Assembly: GCA_035709505.1 (NCBI GenBank)
Contig: DASTEQ010000160.1
Coordinates: forward strand, 1-43,132
Length of the DNA: 43,132 nt
Reading direction: 5' to 3'
Source: Candidatus Limnocylindria bacterium
Lineage (GTDB): Bacteria > Chloroflexota > Limnocylindria > QHBO01
The position numbers were made by a program, and so were the translations under genes. Under the pieces are notes generated by a model, which saw only the letters and a list, made by a program, of their open reading frames with translations, did not search any database and had not been told where the DNA came from. This document shows, in pieces, positions 39,760 to 43,132 of the stretch; the first letter of the stretch is position 1; every line of letters starts with the position of its first letter.

Positions 39760-40551
39760 TCAGGCGCTGAGGACGACCAGCGCAGGTTGCTCGGCGGGGA
39801 GCTCGAGATGCTCGTCGGACCGGCGCTCCGGGATGGCAAGGGCAGGGATGAGGGGGTCGATGCGGCGGCCCTCCCCGAAATACAGGTCGAGCTCGGTGTG
39901 GCCACCCGTCAAGGCCCAGCGGTGACGGGTCACGGAGGCCGACGTCCGGAGGCCGACGAGGTCGCCCCCGACGGCCAGCCAGGCCCGGCGCTCGAGGCGG
40001 AGTCGGATCCCGGCCACCCGGCCGGCGGCCTGGCGCAGGGCTGACGGGCCAATGAGCAAGGCCGTGGCATCGGAGCGGGGCAGGAGCGCGGCCAGCCGCT
40101 CGAACCGCGGGACCGAAGGACCGTCCAGGTCGAGGACCAGCAGGTCCAGCAGACGGGAGCGGGCCAGCCAGGCGGCCAGCTCGAGGGCCTCGGCGCCGTC
40201 GGCCGGACGAACGAGGAGCAGCCATTCGAGCTGCACCCCGCGGCGAGCGGCAAGGGCGGGGTCGAACGTGCCGGCCAGGTCGATCCACGCCACCAGGCCA
40301 CCGGCCGCCTGGCTGGCGGCGGCCGAATCGAGAGCCAGCGACGTGGCGCCGTGGCCGGGAGCGGCATCCAGCACGGCCAACGCTCCCCGGGGCCAGCCAC
40401 CGGTGGCCAGCGCCTCGTCCAGCGCGGCATGACCGGTGGGGACGGCGGGGACCACCATCTCCCCGGGGAGCGGCGTCACGCCTCGCCGCAGGCCGCGCTC
40501 GCGAAGCGCATCGAGCACCTCGGGGAGCGGCTGGACGGCGGGCAGGGTCAC
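39760..40551 (-). CDS. imuA: ImuA'/RecA-fold SOS mutagenesis protein
   Basis: 263 aa, GTG start. VPTGHAALDEALATGGWPRGALAVLDAAPGHGATSLAL...LVAWIDLAGTFDP (degenerate RecA/SulA-like P-loop region). Confidence 0.75.
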   Translation of the reverse strand: MTLPAVQPLPEVLDALRERGLRRGVTPLPGEMVVPAVPTGHAALDEALATGGWPRGALAVLDAAPGHGATSLALDSAAASQAAGGLVAWIDLAGTFDPALAARRGVQLEWLLLVRPADGAEALELAAWLARSRLLDLLVLDLDGPSVPRFERLAALLPRSDATALLIGPSALRQAAGRVAGIRLRLERRAWLAVGGDLVGLRTSASVTRHRWALTGGHTELDLYFGEGRRIDPLIPALAIPERRSDEHLELPAEQPALVVLSA

Positions 40552-40558
40552 ATCGGTC

Positions 40559-40587
40559 AGTCTAATAGAACAGATGTTCTAGATCAA
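40559..40587 (-). promoter_or_regulatory. imuA' promoter: TTGATC-17 nt-TAGACT, leaderless geometry
   Basis: The minus strand reads TTGATC tagaacatctgttctat TAGACT gaccgat GTG. The LexA box fills the spacer, and the start codon is 7 nt after the -10. Confidence 0.55.
40566..40581 (-). promoter_or_regulatory. LexA (Cheo-type SOS) box upstream of imuA'
   Basis: TAGAACATCTGTTCTA on the minus strand: a perfect TAGAAC/GTTCTA palindrome matching GAAC-N4-GTTC. It lies 14 nt upstream of the imuA' GTG. Confidence 0.75.
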
Positions 40588-40597
40588 TCCCCGAGAT

Positions 40598-41392
40598 CTA
40601 GACTCCGACGTCCCTCCGCCGGAACCCGATCACCGCCACCAGTACGAACAGCAGCCCGCCCACGCCCAGTACCGCGGCATGCACCGGGTCGAGCCCGTTC
40701 CGGAGCGGATCGGCCTCGTAGTAGTAGTAGAACGGCGAGAGGCGCTGGAGCCAGTCGAGGCCCTCGACCAGGGGCGCCAGCGAGTTCACCAGGTACGCCG
40801 CCACCCCGAGCGCCGCGCCCAGCCCGATCGCCAGCCCACGTGACCCGCTGCTCCCACCGACCATCAGCGCGAAGCCGCCCATGAAGAACCCGAACAGGCA
40901 CGCGCTGACCACCACCGCCACCAGGTTCATCGGGTCCAGGTCCATGTCCACCGCCAGGCCGGGCAGGTAGGTCGCGATCCACAGGATGGCGCCCAGCAGC
41001 ACCAGACCGATGACCATGGCCAGCGCCTTCTCGAGCGCGACCCGCGTCCGGCTCACCGGGTTGGCGAGGAGCAGATCCAGCGTGCGGTTCTCCTCCTCTC
41101 CGGCGATCGCCCCCGCCCCGGCGGCGACCCCGAAGAACAGGAACAGCAGCGGCACGATGGCGCCGAACAGCTGGCTGTTGAGGTAACCCTCGGGCGAGAG
41201 CAGGTCCGACTCACCGATGAGGGCGAGGATCGCGTCCGGCAAACCTTCCAGCAGCTCCTCCATGCCCGGCATGTCGCGGACGGCAGGGTAGGTGGCGACG
41301 GTCAGGATCGTGAGCCCGGATAGGCCGAGCGCCCACCAGAGCAACGCGCGGCGGCCGTCGCGCAGGGTCTTGGTCGTGATCGTGCGGAGCAT
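40598..41392 (-). CDS. ABC-2 family transporter permease
   Basis: 264 aa with six hydrophobic segments. It lies 3 nt downstream of the ATPase gene. Confidence 0.8.
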   Translation of the reverse strand: MLRTITTKTLRDGRRALLWWALGLSGLTILTVATYPAVRDMPGMEELLEGLPDAILALIGESDLLSPEGYLNSQLFGAIVPLLFLFFGVAAGAGAIAGEEENRTLDLLLANPVSRTRVALEKALAMVIGLVLLGAILWIATYLPGLAVDMDLDPMNLVAVVVSACLFGFFMGGFALMVGGSSGSRGLAIGLGAALGVAAYLVNSLAPLVEGLDWLQRLSPFYYYYEADPLRNGLDPVHAAVLGVGGLLFVLVAVIGFRRRDVGV

Positions 41393-41395
41393 CGG

Positions 41396-42385
41396 TCAGC
41401 CCTCTCCGGCGGGCTCGGAGGGACCTGGGGCGTTGACCGATGCGTCGGAGTCGGAGGGCGGATCGGCATGCTCGTCGGGCTCGGGCGCCGCGTAGTAGGT
41501 CAGGAACACCTCCTCCAGGTCCTGCTCGCGGCTGAGCACGTTGAGCACGGTGTACCGGGAGGCGAGCTTGATGATGTCGTCGACCGATCCTTCAACCGTG
41601 AGCTCCAGGATGCGGCCGTCCGTCCGCACCTCGACCACCTCAGGCAAACGCAGAAAGTCCTCCTCCGGCACCTGCGACTCGAAGTGGAACTCCAGCTTGC
41701 GGCGGGCCTGACGCTTCAGGGTCTCGACCTCCGAGATCACCGCGATCCGACCCTCGCGAACGATCCCGACCCGGTCCGCGATGCGCTCAACCTCCGCCAG
41801 CACGTGCGAGGAGAGGAACACGGTCCGACCGTCGGCCCGGACCTCGTCGAGGATCCGGTAGAACTCCTGCTGGATCAGTGGGTCGAGGCCGGTGGTCGGC
41901 TCGTCAAGGATGACCAGGCTGGGCTTGTGCATGAGCGCCTGCACCAGGCCGACCTTCTGCTTGTTGCCGTGCGACAGGGCCTTGATCGGGCGGTCCAGCT
42001 CCGTCTCGAGTCGCTCGGCCAGCTCCTCGGCATGGGTCAGATCCTTCATTCCGCGGAGTGCGGCGAAGTACCGGAAGAGCTCGCGTCCCGTCATGCGGGG
42101 GTAGAGGGCCATCTCCCCGGGCAGGTACCCGATCTCTCGCCGGAGCCTGACGGCGGACCCGTGGGCAGGCTGGCCTAAGACGGTGGCTGTCCCACTGTTC
42201 GGGCGGATGAGGTCCAGCAGCAGGCGGATGGTGGTCGACTTCCCCGCCCCGTTGGGTCCGAGGTAGCCGAAGATCTCGCCCCGGCGAACCTCGAGGTCGA
42301 CGTCGATGATGCCCCGCTTGCGACCGTAGGACTTGGTGAGTCCGTCGGTCCGGATGGCAGGGGCGTCCGGGGTGGCACTCGTCAT
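41396..42385 (-). CDS. ABC transporter ATP-binding protein (ABC-2 exporter type) with acidic/Pro-rich C-terminal tail
   Basis: GPNGAGKSTT, LSHGNKQKVGL, LVILDEPTTGLD, SSH. TAGAAT lies 9 nt upstream of the ATG. Confidence 0.9.
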   Translation of the reverse strand: MTSATPDAPAIRTDGLTKSYGRKRGIIDVDLEVRRGEIFGYLGPNGAGKSTTIRLLLDLIRPNSGTATVLGQPAHGSAVRLRREIGYLPGEMALYPRMTGRELFRYFAALRGMKDLTHAEELAERLETELDRPIKALSHGNKQKVGLVQALMHKPSLVILDEPTTGLDPLIQQEFYRILDEVRADGRTVFLSSHVLAEVERIADRVGIVREGRIAVISEVETLKRQARRKLEFHFESQVPEEDFLRLPEVVEVRTDGRILELTVEGSVDDIIKLASRYTVLNVLSREQDLEEVFLTYYAAPEPDEHADPPSDSDASVNAPGPSEPAGEG

Positions 42386-42430
42386 GGAGCGGCCATTCTA
42401 GGCTGCGGCGAGGGTCAGACGCGGGCTCCG

Positions 42431-42439
42431 TGCTATCCT
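42431..42439 (+). promoter_or_regulatory. Candidate extended -10 promoter (TGcTATCCT) for tRNA-Ala
   Basis: CTCCGTGCTATCCT here versus CTCGGTGCTATACT upstream of rpsT. It lies about 40 nt upstream of the mature tRNA 5' end. Confidence 0.4.
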
Positions 42440-42477
42440 GCCGGGCGCCTCGTCCTGCGCCTCGAAAGGCACCCCGT

Positions 42478-42553
42478 GGGGATGTAGCTCAGCTGGGAGA
42501 GCACCGCGTTCGCATCGCGGGGGTCAGGGGTTCGAGTCCCCTCATCTCCACCA
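42478..42553 (+). tRNA. tRNA-Ala (anticodon CGC), CCA encoded
   Basis: 76-nt cloverleaf folded by hand: acceptor GGGGATG/CATCTCC with the G3:U70 Ala identity pair, D arm GCTC/GAGC, anticodon stem CCGCG/CGCGG with loop TTCGCAT, T arm AGGGG-TTCGAGT-CCCCT, then ACCA. Confidence 0.92.
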
Positions 42554-42589
42554 CGCATCCTCGCCACGGGCCCACGCCTCTGCACGGGC

Positions 42590-43132
42590 TCAGTGCAGGA
42601 TCTGCGAGAGGAATCGCTTGGTCCGCTGGTGCTCCGGCGCCTCGAAGATCTGTTTTGGCGGGCCCTCCTCCACGATCACGCCCTCATCGAAGAAGACCAT
42701 CCGATTCGCGACCGCCCGCGCGAAGCCCATTTCGTGGGTGATGCAGACCATGGTCATCCCCGTCTCCGCCAGCTCGCGCATCGCGTCGAGCACCTCGCTG
42801 ATCATCTCCGGGTCGAGCGCCGAAGTCGGCTCGTCGAACAGCATGATCTTCGGCTGCATGGCCAACGCCCGGGCGATCGCCACCCGCTGCTGCTGACCTC
42901 CGGACAGCTGGGCCGGGTACTTGTGGGCCTGCTCCGGGATGCCGACCCGTTTGAGCAGGGCGATCGCCGCCTCTTCTGCCTGCTGCCGTGGCCATTTGCG
43001 CACTCGCATGGGTGCCAGGGTGATGTTCTGCAGCGCGGTCAGATGCGGGAACAGGTTGAACGACTGGAAGACCATCCCGATCTCGCTCCGGACCGCCGCG
43101 ATGTTCCGGATGTCGTTGGTCAGCTCGATGCC
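42590..43132 (-). CDS. Polar amino acid ABC transporter ATP-binding protein (GlnQ-like; 5' end outside the window)
   Basis: [57 protein letters not shown]. The reading frame stays open to the window edge. Confidence 0.9.
   Translation of the reverse strand, partial: GIELTNDIRNIAAVRSEIGMVFQSFNLFPHLTALQNITLAPMRVRKWPRQQAEEAAIALLKRVGIPEQAHKYPAQLSGGQQQRVAIARALAMQPKIMLFDEPTSALDPEMISEVLDAMRELAETGMTMVCITHEMGFARAVANRMVFFDEGVIVEEGPPKQIFEAPEHQRTKRFLSQILH

Noticed and set aside
42478-42553. tRNA-Ala as an integration hotspot with adjacent foreign DNA.
   Set aside because: The flanking genes are ordinary ABC transporter genes, and I saw no partial tRNA duplication or integrase nearby.

Overview
This is a GC-rich, very gene-dense chromosomal segment with about 45 genes and almost no intergenic DNA. 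It looks like a high-GC Gram-positive-type genome (Actinobacteria- or Chloroflexi-like): it has Cheo-type LexA boxes, an F420-type LLM oxidoreductase and many apparently leaderless genes. Most long ORFs in the track are antisense or out-of-frame artefacts of the GC content; the real genes tile the window once.

Gene content in order:
- Partial ABC ATPase, then a LuxR-type response regulator and HisKA_3 kinase.
- CPBP protease, lepA, VanW-domain protein, rpsT.
- An overlap-coupled glycolytic operon (ROK glucokinase-gap-pgk-eno).
- A 47-aa zinc-ribbon gene that the ORF track missed.
- Nucleoside phosphorylase coupled to a large lamin-tail/OB-repeat surface protein.
- carA-carB, bioY-VIT1, cupredoxin-DUF2330.
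- dnaE2 with two small downstream genes.
- MFS transporter, DUF4349 lipoprotein.
- An ArsR-DsrE-TusA-DsrE-TusA-SQR sulfur module.
- A membrane protein with a repeat tail, two tandem GNATs, LLM oxidoreductase, RibD_C reductase, TauE exporter.
- imuA'-imuB plus a separate ImuB-C-terminal-like ORF.
- An ABC-2 exporter, tRNA-Ala(CGC), and a partial amino-acid ABC ATPase.

I found no CRISPR array, transposase, integrase or rRNA.

Most notable observations:
- A split SOS mutasome. imuA'-imuB and dnaE2 lie on the same strand about 10 kb apart, each behind a GAAC-N4-GTTC LexA box sitting in the spacer of a near-leaderless promoter. ImuB has a detached C-terminal module and DnaE2 carries a roughly 145-aa insertion.
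- A nuclease-less lamin-tail/OB surface protein translationally coupled to a nucleoside phosphorylase.
- A duplicated DsrE-TusA sulfur-relay module with SQR under an ArsR regulator that lacks the usual persulfide-sensing cysteine pair.
- Four convergent gene pairs whose stop codons overlap in the palindrome CTAG.
- A recurring TANNNT box 6-10 nt upstream of start codons, which implies widespread leaderless translation.

All family assignments come from motif recognition by eye and need HMM/BLAST confirmation.
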